A stretch of DNA of 64,000 nt from Thermoanaerobaculia bacterium (GCA_963664405.1 OY761158.1:64001-128000), one strand, 5' to 3'; shown: positions 17,547 through 27,516, counted from the stretch's first letter. The notes: generated by a model from the letters alone, not told the origin. Made by a program: numbers and translations.

Positions 17547-20500
17547 CTCCCATCGTCCGACTCTGACAGGGGCAGGATCACGCGGACCGCCAGGCCCCCG
17601 TCGAGTCGATTTGCAGCGCCGATCGAGCCCCCGTGAACGTCGACGATACGTCGCGCGATCGGCAGGCCCAGGCCCGTGCCCGTATCGTGAGTGGAGAAAT
17701 AGGGATCGAAGATCCGCTCGAGATCCTCCGCTGTAACGCCAGGACCGCGGTCGGCGACCTCGATCACGAGATTGCCCTCCTCCCTGACTACCCGCACACG
17801 GACCTCGCCATCGTCTCGACTCGCCCGCACCGCGTTCTCGAGTAGATTGCGCAGCGCGCGGCTGAGAAGCTTAGAGTCGAAACGAGCCGGCGCGGTCTCG
17901 ATCTCCGCCTCGAAAGAAACCGTCACCCCGGGCGGGGGCGCGGTCAAGTACCCTTCGACCACCGAGGCCGCCAACGCGATGAGATCGCCCTGACGCAGGT
18001 CCATGGCCGGAACCCGACTGTAGGTCGAGAACTCGGCGGCGATCTCGCGCAGCTCATCGACCTGGGTGAGGATGTTCTTCGTGCAGCGCTCGAAAACAGC
18101 CTCGAAACGCTCGGGGTCGGTTTCGAACACCTGCTGCATATGCTCCGTCGACAAGCGGATCGGAGTGAGAGGATTCTTCACTTCGTGAGCAATGATCCGC
18201 GCCATCTCCGCCCATGCCTCCAGGCGCTGACCACGGAGGATCTCGGTCACATCCTCGATGACCAAGAGCGCAGCAGGATCCCCGCCGCCGGGCACCGGAA
18301 CCCACAGAACACTCCACTCGAGTCCCTCGGTTCCCGGCAAACGCAGGCGATGGTTCTGGGCCACTTCGCTTTCAGCAGTCTTGATCAGGAATTCACCGAG
18401 ATCACTGAAGCCCGCAGCCGAGGCCACAGCGTCGATGTCGTCGCCAACGCTGCTCGCCAGGAGCGCGCCTGCCACACGATTCTGCATCAGAACCCGACGC
18501 TGGTGGTCGAGCGAGATGACGCCCGAGGTGATGTTCTCGACCACCTGTTCAACCACCCGCTTCTCTCTCAACAGGTCCCGGCGCCCCTGGGCGATCCTTG
18601 TCGCCATCTCATCTATCGCCGTGACCAGGGCCTGGAGCTCCGGGGCGGAGGGCGTCAGACCCAGCGAGCTATCTCCCCGAGCGATGCGGTCGGTCCCCTC
18701 GACGATCTCCATCACCGGCCGCGTGAAGCCGGCGGCAAGGCGGGCGCCGACCGCCACTAGCAAGAAGAGGAGACCGGTAGTCACCAGAAAGGCCTGCCGG
18801 CTGAGCGTCGCCAACTGCCCACTCACTTCTTCTTCCTGAGCCACCAGCGGCGTCGATAAATAGAACCCCCTCTCGGGTCGGGAAAGAAAGTCGGGCAACT
18901 CCAAGGGAGCGTAGAGCTCCAGATAGGTGATCGGGCCTGTGTCTCGGGTACGCGCGGCTACCTTGGCCTTGCGCAGTGCCAGGTCGGAAAAGACCGCGCC
19001 GGGGATCCGCGCAGGCAACAGGCCCGCTGCGAACAACGCAGGACGGCTGGATGCGAAGAACTGGCTTCCCCAATAGACATGGATTTCCCGGTCAACGACC
19101 TGCGCCAGCCAGTCGAGAATCTCCTGTTCGAGCACCGCGCGAACACCGAATCCGGGCTCCAGGGCAAGCAGATAGTCACTCAGAACCTTCTGCGCAAAGC
19201 TCAATGCGACTTCTCCCGCCTCCCGGTGCTCGGCCTCCAAGCGGTCGCCGAGTGCCCGAAAGAGAACGAGATTCAACAACAGCAAGGGCACAACGAGAAG
19301 AATCGTCAATACCACCAAGAGCTTCCGCGGGTAGGAGCTGAAAACTGTTCTTGCACGCTCCCTGAAACTCTCTCTGGAAAGGCTGAAGAGCACAGCCAAG
19401 GCGCCGGCGAACCCGAACAAGATCAAGTTGCCTACGGCATGAACGCCAATCCGCTCGAGACCGGCGATAGGGCCAAGCCTCGGCAGAAACAGGCTGTAGA
19501 TGACGCCCTCCCCCTGCGCGGACCAGGACCAGGCGGGGCCGCTAGGTGTGTCGACCTTCCCAGCGGGCGCGTTCTCGAGAGGCACTGCCACTCCCCAGGG
19601 GAAGCGCAGAGGAGCTCCCTCGGTTGAATAGACGGCCACCACCGCTCCACCGGGGAGAGCTTCGCCACCGAGCGAGCCAGGTACCTGCCCCCGAAGCAGA
19701 TCGAGCTCGAGATCGTCAACGCCGGCCGCGTCGGCGCTAGGACCGGCAGCGGGTGCGACCCAGAAGTGGACGACGAGCCCAGTCTCTCCGGCCAGAGCCG
19801 TTTCACCGCTAGTCCACAGGCCTCTGGACTCGACCGGCAGCGAGCCAGGGTCCACTGTCCCATCGCGCACCGCCATGCCGTAGGAGAAGAGCGATGAGCC
19901 GACTCCAGGCCCTACCACTTCCAGCGCGGAAAGTACCCCTCGCCGAGCAACCGGGGAGCGCTGCCAGATAGCGATCGCCAAGTCCGAGGTCTCTTGTGGA
20001 TTCGGCGCCGAGCGCAAGAGCTCTTCGGGCACTGGTCCGCGCAGGAAGGAGTCCAGATCTCGGGCGACTAACTCGACCTGCGACGCTCGCGGCAGCGTCG
20101 CAGGCTCGAGCCCGGCAGCCAGCCCCTCGCGGAGCTCGTAGCGGTACACGAGCTCCCAGGAGACCGCGCCGAGCATGGCTGCCAAGACCGTAGCCGCAAG
20201 CCAGAAGGCCCGGTCCTGAGATCCTCCTCGACCGTGCATCGCGGCCCAGCTAGTGGCCCCGGCGGCCAACAGCAGGGCCACAGCCACGACCGTGTTGTCG
20301 TGAACAGCGCCGGCAGCGAAAACCAGGGCGAACGACGCTGGCAGCGCCCACCCGGCAAACCTAGTCGATCGCTCAACGACCGAGAGATCTAAAAGGGCGA
20401 CGAATGCCACCAGAGCCGTCACCGCCCGCAGTGCTACCAGCGAGCCGTCACCGAACAACGTCGAGCCAAGATCACGCGCCCCGAGAGTGCCTTGAAATAG

Positions 20501-21553
20501 AAGAGCGAAGGCCAGTGGTAGAGAGGCCGCAAGCAGGAGGCGCAGCCGACTCCAGATCGAGCCGGCGCGGCTGCCAAAGTGAAGGCTAGCTGCGAACAAG
20601 AGGACACCGAGTACCAAGGCAGCGCTCTCGGCGCCACCGGCACCCCCGGCCCGTGCCAGGCACCCTGCACCTGCCGCAGTCATCACTAGAATGGACGACG
20701 CTGTGCGGTCATTCGAGGTCGGCACGCGACCCAATGAGCGGGATCCTACGAGCGCACCGACAAGAAGAGTGAACCCGAGCACCGCGGCAGCCCACCTTCC
20801 TCCCCTCTGCCCCCTATCGCCAGGAGGGAGACTGGCCTGTATGGACAGATCGAATCCACGGCCTGAAGCCAGCCGCGCGCCCTCCCAGCCTCCTGCCTCC
20901 CCGTCTCGAACCAGCGTCCATCGGTAGTCCCCAGAGCTAGACCCGGGCGCTGCGAAGGGAAGGCGCTCGTGCGAGAAACTGGTGCCCACTAGGACCCACC
21001 ATCTCCGGGGCCCTGTTCCGAGCGGCCGTTGGGAGTAGAGCGTCGTCGCCCGGTAGCTGGAAACGAAGTCAGAGCCCGCCGTGGCGGCGCGAAACGGCGC
21101 CGGATCGTGAAGCAGGCCGACCCCTCCCCACGCCACAGCCTCTCCATCCGGATCGTAGAGAAGATAGCTGCGCTGCCGGTTCTCCGGCGCGCTCGCGAGA
21201 GCTCTGATCTCCTCGAAGACTTCCAGTCGGGACCCTACTGAGATGGCCTCCGCGAGCGCTTCGGCGGCGACTTCTGTCTCGCCTTCCAAATCGTCAAGGA
21301 GCGCAACGAAGCGATCTTCCGCCCGGGCTCTCCAGCCTTCGTCGCCGATGTCGAATCGCGACGAGAACCAGTTCCCGGACTGCAGTAGTGCGGCAACGAG
21401 GAGTCCGACTGCGAGCACGGCCCTCTCCGCAGCCCCCGCCCTGACCTTCAGGCTCCAAAGCGCCAGCGCCAAGAGGACGAGCGCTGAGCTCGGAGGATCG
21501 AGCAGAAGAGCAGCGGCAGCGGTGAGAGGCAGAAGCGAAGACTGCGCCCTCAA
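17543..21553 (-). CDS. Large multi-TM sensor histidine kinase (NtrY-like; HAMP, PAS-like, HisKA, HATPase)
   Basis: H-box EMARIIAHEVKNPLTPI, N-box NLLENAV, DRGPG, IFDPYFST and GTGLGL; many N-terminal TM segments. Confidence 0.9.
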   Translation of the reverse strand: MRAQSSLLPLTAAAALLLDPPSSALVLLALALWSLKVRAGAAERAVLAVGLLVAALLQSGNWFSSRFDIGDEGWRARAEDRFVALLDDLEGETEVAAEALAEAISVGSRLEVFEEIRALASAPENRQRSYLLYDPDGEAVAWGGVGLLHDPAPFRAATAGSDFVSSYRATTLYSQRPLGTGPRRWWVLVGTSFSHERLPFAAPGSSSGDYRWTLVRDGEAGGWEGARLASGRGFDLSIQASLPPGDRGQRGGRWAAAVLGFTLLVGALVGSRSLGRVPTSNDRTASSILVMTAAGAGCLARAGGAGGAESAALVLGVLLFAASLHFGSRAGSIWSRLRLLLAASLPLAFALLFQGTLGARDLGSTLFGDGSLVALRAVTALVAFVALLDLSVVERSTRFAGWALPASFALVFAAGAVHDNTVVAVALLLAAGATSWAAMHGRGGSQDRAFWLAATVLAAMLGAVSWELVYRYELREGLAAGLEPATLPRASQVELVARDLDSFLRGPVPEELLRSAPNPQETSDLAIAIWQRSPVARRGVLSALEVVGPGVGSSLFSYGMAVRDGTVDPGSLPVESRGLWTSGETALAGETGLVVHFWVAPAAGPSADAAGVDDLELDLLRGQVPGSLGGEALPGGAVVAVYSTEGAPLRFPWGVAVPLENAPAGKVDTPSGPAWSWSAQGEGVIYSLFLPRLGPIAGLERIGVHAVGNLILFGFAGALAVLFSLSRESFRERARTVFSSYPRKLLVVLTILLVVPLLLLNLVLFRALGDRLEAEHREAGEVALSFAQKVLSDYLLALEPGFGVRAVLEQEILDWLAQVVDREIHVYWGSQFFASSRPALFAAGLLPARIPGAVFSDLALRKAKVAARTRDTGPITYLELYAPLELPDFLSRPERGFYLSTPLVAQEEEVSGQLATLSRQAFLVTTGLLFLLVAVGARLAAGFTRPVMEIVEGTDRIARGDSSLGLTPSAPELQALVTAIDEMATRIAQGRRDLLREKRVVEQVVENITSGVISLDHQRRVLMQNRVAGALLASSVGDDIDAVASAAGFSDLGEFLIKTAESEVAQNHRLRLPGTEGLEWSVLWVPVPGGGDPAALLVIEDVTEILRGQRLEAWAEMARIIAHEVKNPLTPIRLSTEHMQQVFETDPERFEAVFERCTKNILTQVDELREIAAEFSTYSRVPAMDLRQGDLIALAASVVEGYLTAPPPGVTVSFEAEIETAPARFDSKLLSRALRNLLENAVRASRDDGEVRVRVVREEGNLVIEVADRGPGVTAEDLERIFDPYFSTHDTGTGLGLPIARRIVDVHGGSIGAANRLDGGLAVRVILPLSESDDGS

Positions 21554-23358
21554 CCCTCGCTCCGCAACGAATAGCGCTTCATCTTCATCGCCAGGCCATT
21601 GCGCGAGATCCCGAGCATGCGCGAAGCCGCAGACTTGTTGTCCCTACTGCGCCGCAGAGCCTCCCTGATCGCGGCCTGCTCGCAGCTCGCCACCAGACCC
21701 GCCAGCTTGAGCTCGGAGTGACTATCGATGCGTGGCGTTGCTCCCAAGGACGAAAGCCGGACCTCCGAAGGCAGCAGATGGACGTCGACCGGCTCTCCCG
21801 GCCGACACAGATAGACCATCTGTCGGGCGAGATTCTCCAGCTCTTTCAGATTGCCAGGGAAATCATAAGCGGCAAGCGCCGCCATGGTCTTGACCGTGAT
21901 CCCTGCCACTCGCTTTCCGGTCTCGTGACAAAAACGATTGATGTAACCTTGAATGAGAAGCGGCAGGTCTTCGCGGCGGGCCCGAAGCGGGGGCACGTCG
22001 ATGGCAAACTGCGACAGAAGGTACGCCAGATCCACTCGAAAGCGATCCTCGCTGACACACTTCTCCAGCGGCTGAGAAACGCTCACCATGATCCGGGCAT
22101 CGATCTTTGCCGGCATACCGGTGCCCGGCTGCTCAATTTCTCCGGTGCGCAGAAAACGAACGAAGCGGGCCTGGAGGTCCAGAGTCATATTCTCCGGCTC
22201 TTCGATAAAGAGCGTACCGCCGGCAGCAAGTGCCAGCTTGCTCTCGCGACGGAGCGGCCCCTCGCGCCCCGGTACTTCGGCTCCAAAAAGATCGGCTTCG
22301 ATCTGGCTCGGTTCCGCACCGCTACAGTTCACGGCAACGAAAGGTCCGTCCTTGCGAGGACTGGAGAGATGAAGGCTGCGGGCGAGGAGCTCGCGCCCGG
22401 ATCCGGGCTCGCCACGAAAGAGCACGTGCAGGCTCGGGTCGGCAATCGATCGCAAGCGCACCATTACCACCCGCATCACCTCCGACTCTCCGAAGACGAG
22501 CCCTGGCGCTAGAACGATGTCCCGTCGAGTACCGGTACCGGGCAGAATCGGCTCGTAGCGCCCGACGTGATGTACGAGACCCTGAATCAGCAGATCGCTC
22601 AAGGCCTGGAAGGCGGGAAGCACGGACCAGGGGCCGGGCCGGAACCGGGGTAACGCACAGACAACGCGATAAGAGCGGTCCATCGCCGTGAGTGAGGTAA
22701 AAAAGACGGTGCATGCCTCGCTCTCCAGCCGACCCCTGAAGAGGTGCGACTTGGCCGGCTCTCGCTCTCGCTCGTAAACCGCTTGCGAGAGAAGGTCCCC
22801 AGCCGAAGTGAGCCAAGCCGCGTCGGTCGTCGAAACGAACTTGATTCCCGGGTTCCTTTCCTCGCCACCCTGACAGAGAAAGAGAACTCCTCCCCCGCAG
22901 TCGTCGAGGACCGCCTTGATCAGCGACTCGAGGGTTACCCGGCTCTCGGTGTCGGTCAGAACCCACTGACTGATCGCCGCCAGATGCTCGGTCATCAGCT
23001 CGGGGGTGATGACCGACTCTAGAGTGCTCGAGCCGCTCTCCGCCGAATCACCCTTCTCCGCTTCCGGAGCAGGGCTTACGTCTTCGACCAGAAGGGTGAT
23101 CCCGCCGACTCGAACCTCGTCGAGAGCCTCGAGCTCCGCCTCTTTCACTCGCTCCCCGTTCACGAGGATGCCCCGCCGCGTGCCCAGGTCCTCGATATGG
23201 AGGCCTTGCCCCTCTCGGCGGATGCGAGCGTGGCGCCGCCCCACTCCGGTGAAGGGGAGATATATATCGCAGTCCGGCTGGCTGCCGACCACGATATCGC
23301 TGGCAACGATCGGGAAACGCTGTACCCCACTTTTGGCGTAGACGATAAGTCGGTACAT
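21550..23358 (-). CDS. FHA / sigma-54-type AAA+ / Fis-HTH regulator with degenerate motifs
   Basis: FHA-like N-terminus, GPFVAVNC, FRVDL..L...I.VPPLRARREDLP, FPGNLKELEN and a C-terminal HTH (NKSAASRMLGISR). GAFTGA is absent and the Walker motifs are altered. Confidence 0.85.
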   Translation of the reverse strand: MYRLIVYAKSGVQRFPIVASDIVVGSQPDCDIYLPFTGVGRRHARIRREGQGLHIEDLGTRRGILVNGERVKEAELEALDEVRVGGITLLVEDVSPAPEAEKGDSAESGSSTLESVITPELMTEHLAAISQWVLTDTESRVTLESLIKAVLDDCGGGVLFLCQGGEERNPGIKFVSTTDAAWLTSAGDLLSQAVYEREREPAKSHLFRGRLESEACTVFFTSLTAMDRSYRVVCALPRFRPGPWSVLPAFQALSDLLIQGLVHHVGRYEPILPGTGTRRDIVLAPGLVFGESEVMRVVMVRLRSIADPSLHVLFRGEPGSGRELLARSLHLSSPRKDGPFVAVNCSGAEPSQIEADLFGAEVPGREGPLRRESKLALAAGGTLFIEEPENMTLDLQARFVRFLRTGEIEQPGTGMPAKIDARIMVSVSQPLEKCVSEDRFRVDLAYLLSQFAIDVPPLRARREDLPLLIQGYINRFCHETGKRVAGITVKTMAALAAYDFPGNLKELENLARQMVYLCRPGEPVDVHLLPSEVRLSSLGATPRIDSHSELKLAGLVASCEQAAIREALRRSRDNKSAASRMLGISRNGLAMKMKRYSLRSEG

Positions 23359-23496
23359 TAGGCGAATCCTACCGCAGCAATCAAAAAGAGGTTGGGCTAG
23401 CTAAGAGCCGGCGCATCGGCGCTCGGGATAGACCTCCTCGGCGGCCAACCCGTGGCGGTCAGCGGACCTGGTCCCGGTCGCGTGGGCCAGAGAATT

Positions 23497-23676
23497 CTAG
23501 TGTCCTGTATCAGTGGTTCGTTGCATAAATCGCGCAGTCATTTTGGGTGCTGCCAAGGCGCTACGACGAAGGTATATTGGGCAATATTGCGAGGAGAGCG
23601 GGGACGCCCAGCCAACGACGGCAGCGCGCAAAAGGGCCAGCGAGTTGTGTGACGAACTACTGATACAGGACACTGG
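23497..23676 (+). mobile_element. Palindromic MITE-like element, copy B (180 bp, TIR type 2)
   Basis: CTAGTGTCCTGTATCAGTGGTTCG ... CGAACTACTGATACAGGACACTGG; near-identical to copies C and D plus a 13-bp insertion. Confidence 0.9.
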
Positions 23677-23710
23677 CTATCGATTACCGTGGCTGTTATC
23701 TTTTGCGGCC

Positions 23711-24772
23711 ATGAACGACCTCTTCTTGCGGGTGTGCCGGGGCGAGGCTGTGGAGCGCCCCCCAGTCTGGCTGATGCGGCAAGCAGGGCGCTACCTACCC
23801 GAGTATCGGGCGATCCGCTCAGGAGTGAGTTTTCTCGAGCTCTGTAAGAGCTCCGAGCTTGCGGCCAAGGTCAGCCTCCAGCCGATCGACATCCTCGGAG
23901 TCGATGCCGCCATCGTCTTCGCTGACATTCTCATCGTCCCTGATGCGATGGGAGTCGAGCTGCGCTTCGAAAAGGGAGATGGCCCTTCTTTTCCTACTCC
24001 CATCCGCAACCGAGACGACATTGCGCGCCTTCGCCACCCCGACGTGGAAGCTACTCTCGGCTATGTCTTCTCCACTCTGCGCGTGCTCCGCGCCGAGCTC
24101 GACGGCCGCGTACCCTTGATCGGCTTCGCCGGAAGTCCCTGGACTCTCGCAGCCTATGTGGTGGAGGGGGGAGTCTCTACGGCATTCCCACGCCTGTTGG
24201 CCTGGAGCTACGAGGACCCCTCCGCGGTTGTGACCCTGTTGGAACGCTTGGCGGACACTACGATCGACTATCTGCGTGGCCAGGTGGAAGCGGGGGCGCA
24301 GGCCCTGCAGATCTTCGATACCTGGGGCGGGTTGCTCAGCGCAGAGCGCTGGCGCAGCCTCGCTCTGCCGTCGATGCAACGCATCTTGGAGTCGATCCCT
24401 GCGGGAGTACCGAGGATCCTCTACCTGCGCAACGGTGGACACCTGCTCGAAGTCCTGGCGGACCTACCTGTCGAGGTGTTGTCGGTCGACTGGCGGGTGC
24501 CCCTCGATGAAGTGCGTCGCAGCTGTAGCTCCGTGCCCGTGCTCCAGGGCAACCTGGATCCCTGTACCCTCCTTGCCCCGATCGAAGTGATCGAGAGAGA
24601 GACTGCTCGCGTTCTCGAGCAGGGCAGCGGCGGCGGGCACATCGTCAACCTCGGGCACGGCATCCTGCCGCAGACCCCGGTCGAGCACGCAAAGGCGTTC
24701 GTGCGCTTCGCTCAAGGAGGGGGCTCTAGGCTCGTAGCGAAGCCAGCAGACGCCGCACTTCCAAATCACTAA
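23711..24772 (+). CDS. hemE: Uroporphyrinogen decarboxylase
   Basis: PVWLMRQAGRYLPEYR, DAAIVFADIL, IGFAGSPWTLA.Y, QIFDTW, QGNLDP and NLGHGI motifs. Start is ATG 23711; the track's extension comes from the repeat. Confidence 0.96.
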   Translation: MNDLFLRVCRGEAVERPPVWLMRQAGRYLPEYRAIRSGVSFLELCKSSELAAKVSLQPIDILGVDAAIVFADILIVPDAMGVELRFEKGDGPSFPTPIRNRDDIARLRHPDVEATLGYVFSTLRVLRAELDGRVPLIGFAGSPWTLAAYVVEGGVSTAFPRLLAWSYEDPSAVVTLLERLADTTIDYLRGQVEAGAQALQIFDTWGGLLSAERWRSLALPSMQRILESIPAGVPRILYLRNGGHLLEVLADLPVEVLSVDWRVPLDEVRRSCSSVPVLQGNLDPCTLLAPIEVIERETARVLEQGSGGGHIVNLGHGILPQTPVEHAKAFVRFAQGGGSRLVAKPADAALPNH

Positions 24773-25496
24773 GCTCTCGGAAGGTCCCAGGCTTGAGGCG
24801 AGGATCGCGCAGCGGGCCGATCGCGGATCTGCGAAGCTTCATCACCGGGTGACCCACCCGCTGAAACATCTCGCGGATCTGACGGGTTCTCCCCTCTCCT
24901 AGCCGTACCGTCAACCAGGTGTTCCCAGCCTCGCCTTCGGCTGCGACCTTCCCGCGCGCCCGAATCTCACAGGGAGCAGTTCTGCGGCCGGCGAGCACAA
25001 TACCGGCTCTGAGGCGGTCGAGGCTCGCTCGCTCCGGGCGGCCCCTGACCTTTACTTCATAGAGCTTGGTGCAGCCGTGCCTCGGGTGGGCCAAACGCTG
25101 CCCGAAGTCGCCGTCATTGGTGAGCAGCAGCAACCCCTCGGTATCGAAGTCGAGCCTTCCTACCGGGAACAACCCACGTTTCATCTTCGCCGGAACGAGA
25201 TCCATGACGGTGCGCCGCCCGTCCGGATCGCTCACGGTTGTCAGCAAGCCTCTCGGCTTGTTGAGGAGCAGATAGACCTTCTTTTGCGGAGCACGGAGGC
25301 GTTTCCCGTCAACCTTCACCGAGTCGGTATCGAGAGCAGCCTTGGTGCCGAGAGTGGCAATACTGCCGTTCACGGTCACTCGGCCCTCCCGAATGAGCTC
25401 CTCGGCCCCGCGGCGCGACGCGATGCCACAGCGCGCCAGTATCTTTTGCAGCCGGATCTGCTCCGGTTCCCTCTCGCCCTTGCTCGCGCGTGGCAC
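24726..25496 (-). CDS. rluB: RsuA/RluB-family pseudouridine synthase
   Basis: RLQKILA..GIASRR, LNKPRG, VGRLDFDTEGLLLLTNDG and EGRTRQIREM motifs; follows scpB. GTG 25496 lies after GGAG. Confidence 0.88.
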   Translation of the reverse strand: MPRASKGEREPEQIRLQKILARCGIASRRGAEELIREGRVTVNGSIATLGTKAALDTDSVKVDGKRLRAPQKKVYLLLNKPRGLLTTVSDPDGRRTVMDLVPAKMKRGLFPVGRLDFDTEGLLLLTNDGDFGQRLAHPRHGCTKLYEVKVRGRPERASLDRLRAGIVLAGRRTAPCEIRARGKVAAEGEAGNTWLTVRLGEGRTRQIREMFQRVGHPVMKLRRSAIGPLRDPRLKPGTFRELSDLEVRRLLASLRA

Positions 25497-25500
25497 CGGT

Positions 25501-26154
25501 CTACTCCTCTTCTTCGGAGGCGGACGGCTCCTGCTCGTCTTCCTGCTTCTGCCAGAGCAGAAGGGTACCGCTGGTTCCATCCCTATCGGCCTCGCCTGAG
25601 GTGCCGACCTCCAGTTGCCCGGCGAGTAGCTCGTCGATCTCCTCGAGCGGAGGAAGGTCCTTCAGTCGGTTGAGACCGAATCGAAGGAGGAAGCCTTTCG
25701 AGGTGCAATAGAGGAAGGGCTTCCCCACGACTTCCTTGCGGCCGGCAATACGGATCAACCGGTGCTCGAGGAGTGTCTTGAGCACACCAGAGGAGTTGAC
25801 ACCTCGAAGCTCCTGGATCTCGGGAGCCGTCACCGGCTGGCGATAGGCGATGATCGCTAGGGTTTCGAGAGACGCCATCGAGAGTTTGGTCCGACTGCTG
25901 ACCTGGAAGTAGTTTCGAAGGTAGCCGTGGAACTGGGGACGGGTCACCAGTCGCGCACCCCCGCCGGCCATGTCCACCATGACCCCTCTCGCCGAGTCTC
26001 CGCGGTAGCGTGCAAGAACCCCTTCGAGCGCCTCCAGTACCTCGGCCTTCTCTTCGCCCGGGAAAAGCCCACACAGCTTCTCTTGCGCAACCGGCTCTGT
26101 GGCAACGAACAAGATCGCCTCGATCGCACCTTCCATCTCGTTGTTCGCCGTCAC
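25501..26154 (-). CDS. scpB: SMC-Scp complex subunit ScpB
   Basis: IEAILF, LS.ASLETLAIIAYRQPVT..EI..LRGV and FGL..LKDLP motifs. Confidence 0.95.
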   Translation of the reverse strand: MTANNEMEGAIEAILFVATEPVAQEKLCGLFPGEEKAEVLEALEGVLARYRGDSARGVMVDMAGGGARLVTRPQFHGYLRNYFQVSSRTKLSMASLETLAIIAYRQPVTAPEIQELRGVNSSGVLKTLLEHRLIRIAGRKEVVGKPFLYCTSKGFLLRFGLNRLKDLPPLEEIDELLAGQLEVGTSGEADRDGTSGTLLLWQKQEDEQEPSASEEEE

Positions 26155-26963
26155 CCCTGGATAGCCTCTAGATCTTCTTGTGCGAGCGTGTTCGTGGTGC
26201 GGTAGAGAAGAATGCTACCGCCATCGGTCTTATGAAGACGAAGGAGCTGGAGACGACTGAGCTCCAGTATCGCCAGAAAGGCCGCAACGGCCTCGGCGCG
26301 GCAGGACAGAGCGAGCAGATCGTCGACAAGGTCGAGTGGCCGACCCTGCTGCGCACTTCCCAGCAAGCGCTCGAACTGAGCGCGGACAGGAAAACTCTCG
26401 CCGGCGTAGTGAAGAGGCGATGGGTGCTCGCGAGTGTATCGATCCAAGGAGGTACGAAAAGCCAGGAGCACGTCGTAGAGGGATACCTCCTCGAGCTCGA
26501 TCGCCTCCGCCTCGCCTTCTTCGCCAATCTCGGTGAAGTCCCGACGGCTCGAGGGCCGCGCCCACATTCCACTGCGAACGCTATCGGTCTCGGCGAGGGT
26601 AGCGGCCGCCGCCTTCATCTGCTCGTACTCGAGAAGCCGCCTCATCAGCTCCTCTCGGGGATCCTCCTCGTCCTCCTGGGCGCCGACAGGCCGAGGAAGC
26701 AAGAGGCGCGACTTGATCTGGATCAGCAAGGCGGCCTCGTAGATGTACTCACCGGCGATATCCAGATCGAGCTCCTCCATCAGGCTCAGATACTCGTGGA
26801 ACTGATCGCAAACCAGAGCCACCGGGATGTCGGTGATAGCGACCTCGTTGACCTTCACCAGCTCCAGCAGCAGATCGAGCGGTCCCTCGAACTCGGGGAG
26901 AGTCACCCTCCACGAGGCCGGCAGTTTGGAGCTACGAGTCGCGTCGGAAGAATCGAGGTTCAC
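26151..26963 (-). CDS. scpA: Segregation/condensation protein ScpA
   Basis: FEGPLDLLL, AA.LI.IKSRLLLP, DPREEL.RRLLEY and FLAILEL motifs. Confidence 0.95.
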   Translation of the reverse strand: MNLDSSDATRSSKLPASWRVTLPEFEGPLDLLLELVKVNEVAITDIPVALVCDQFHEYLSLMEELDLDIAGEYIYEAALLIQIKSRLLLPRPVGAQEDEEDPREELMRRLLEYEQMKAAAATLAETDSVRSGMWARPSSRRDFTEIGEEGEAEAIELEEVSLYDVLLAFRTSLDRYTREHPSPLHYAGESFPVRAQFERLLGSAQQGRPLDLVDDLLALSCRAEAVAAFLAILELSRLQLLRLHKTDGGSILLYRTTNTLAQEDLEAIQG

Positions 26964-26979
26964 GACAGACTCCCAATGA

Positions 26980-27453
26980 TCAGACGCGGGCGTTGATCTC
27001 TTGCATCAGACGCTCGTTGGCGATCAGAACCTTAGCTTCGATGATGAGAGTCCGTACCTGGATGCCCAGCGTCAGGAAGAAGAGAAGCTCGTGAATCCAG
27101 CCGGGGGCAGCGCTGGCAAGAAAGGCTCCGCCCATTACAAAGGTGGCGATGACGACTCCCATCGCGAGCATGAGCCAGGGGTACGAGCGGCTCTTGAACT
27201 CCTTGGTCCTCTCTACCAGCTCTTGCTCTAGACCATATTCCTCGACAGCGTTCTTGATCGCCTTGCCGGTACCGATGAGGTAGAACATCACCCAACTATG
27301 GGCAAAGAGAAAAAGAAGGCTAGCTACGAGCCCAACCAGCACGTGTGGCGAGAGGCTGCTCGCCTGACGGTCCATGAGGTAACCCATGACTGCACAGCCG
27401 ATAAACCCGGCGGTCGCCAACCAACCTAGGACCAAGAGCGCTCTTCCCATCAT
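26980..27453 (-). CDS. Hypothetical four-TM membrane protein
   Basis: Four hydrophobic helices with several His residues; co-oriented between recG and scpA. Confidence 0.7.
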   Translation of the reverse strand: MMGRALLVLGWLATAGFIGCAVMGYLMDRQASSLSPHVLVGLVASLLFLFAHSWVMFYLIGTGKAIKNAVEEYGLEQELVERTKEFKSRSYPWLMLAMGVVIATFVMGGAFLASAAPGWIHELLFFLTLGIQVRTLIIEAKVLIANERLMQEINARV

Positions 27454-27516
27454 CTGTCGAGAAATCTCCCCGGTGGCTTCTGCTGAGCTTGTGATCTGGC
27501 CACCGTCGACGTGAGT

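Noticed and set aside
23452-23710. Recurring short ORFs with peptides such as VRCINRAVILGAAKALRRR and SCISGSLHKSRSHFGCCQG (also 52425-52659, 62593-62964), and the N-terminal extension of hemE
   Set aside because: They are translations of the repeat family, appear in different frames and have no consistent start or RBS.
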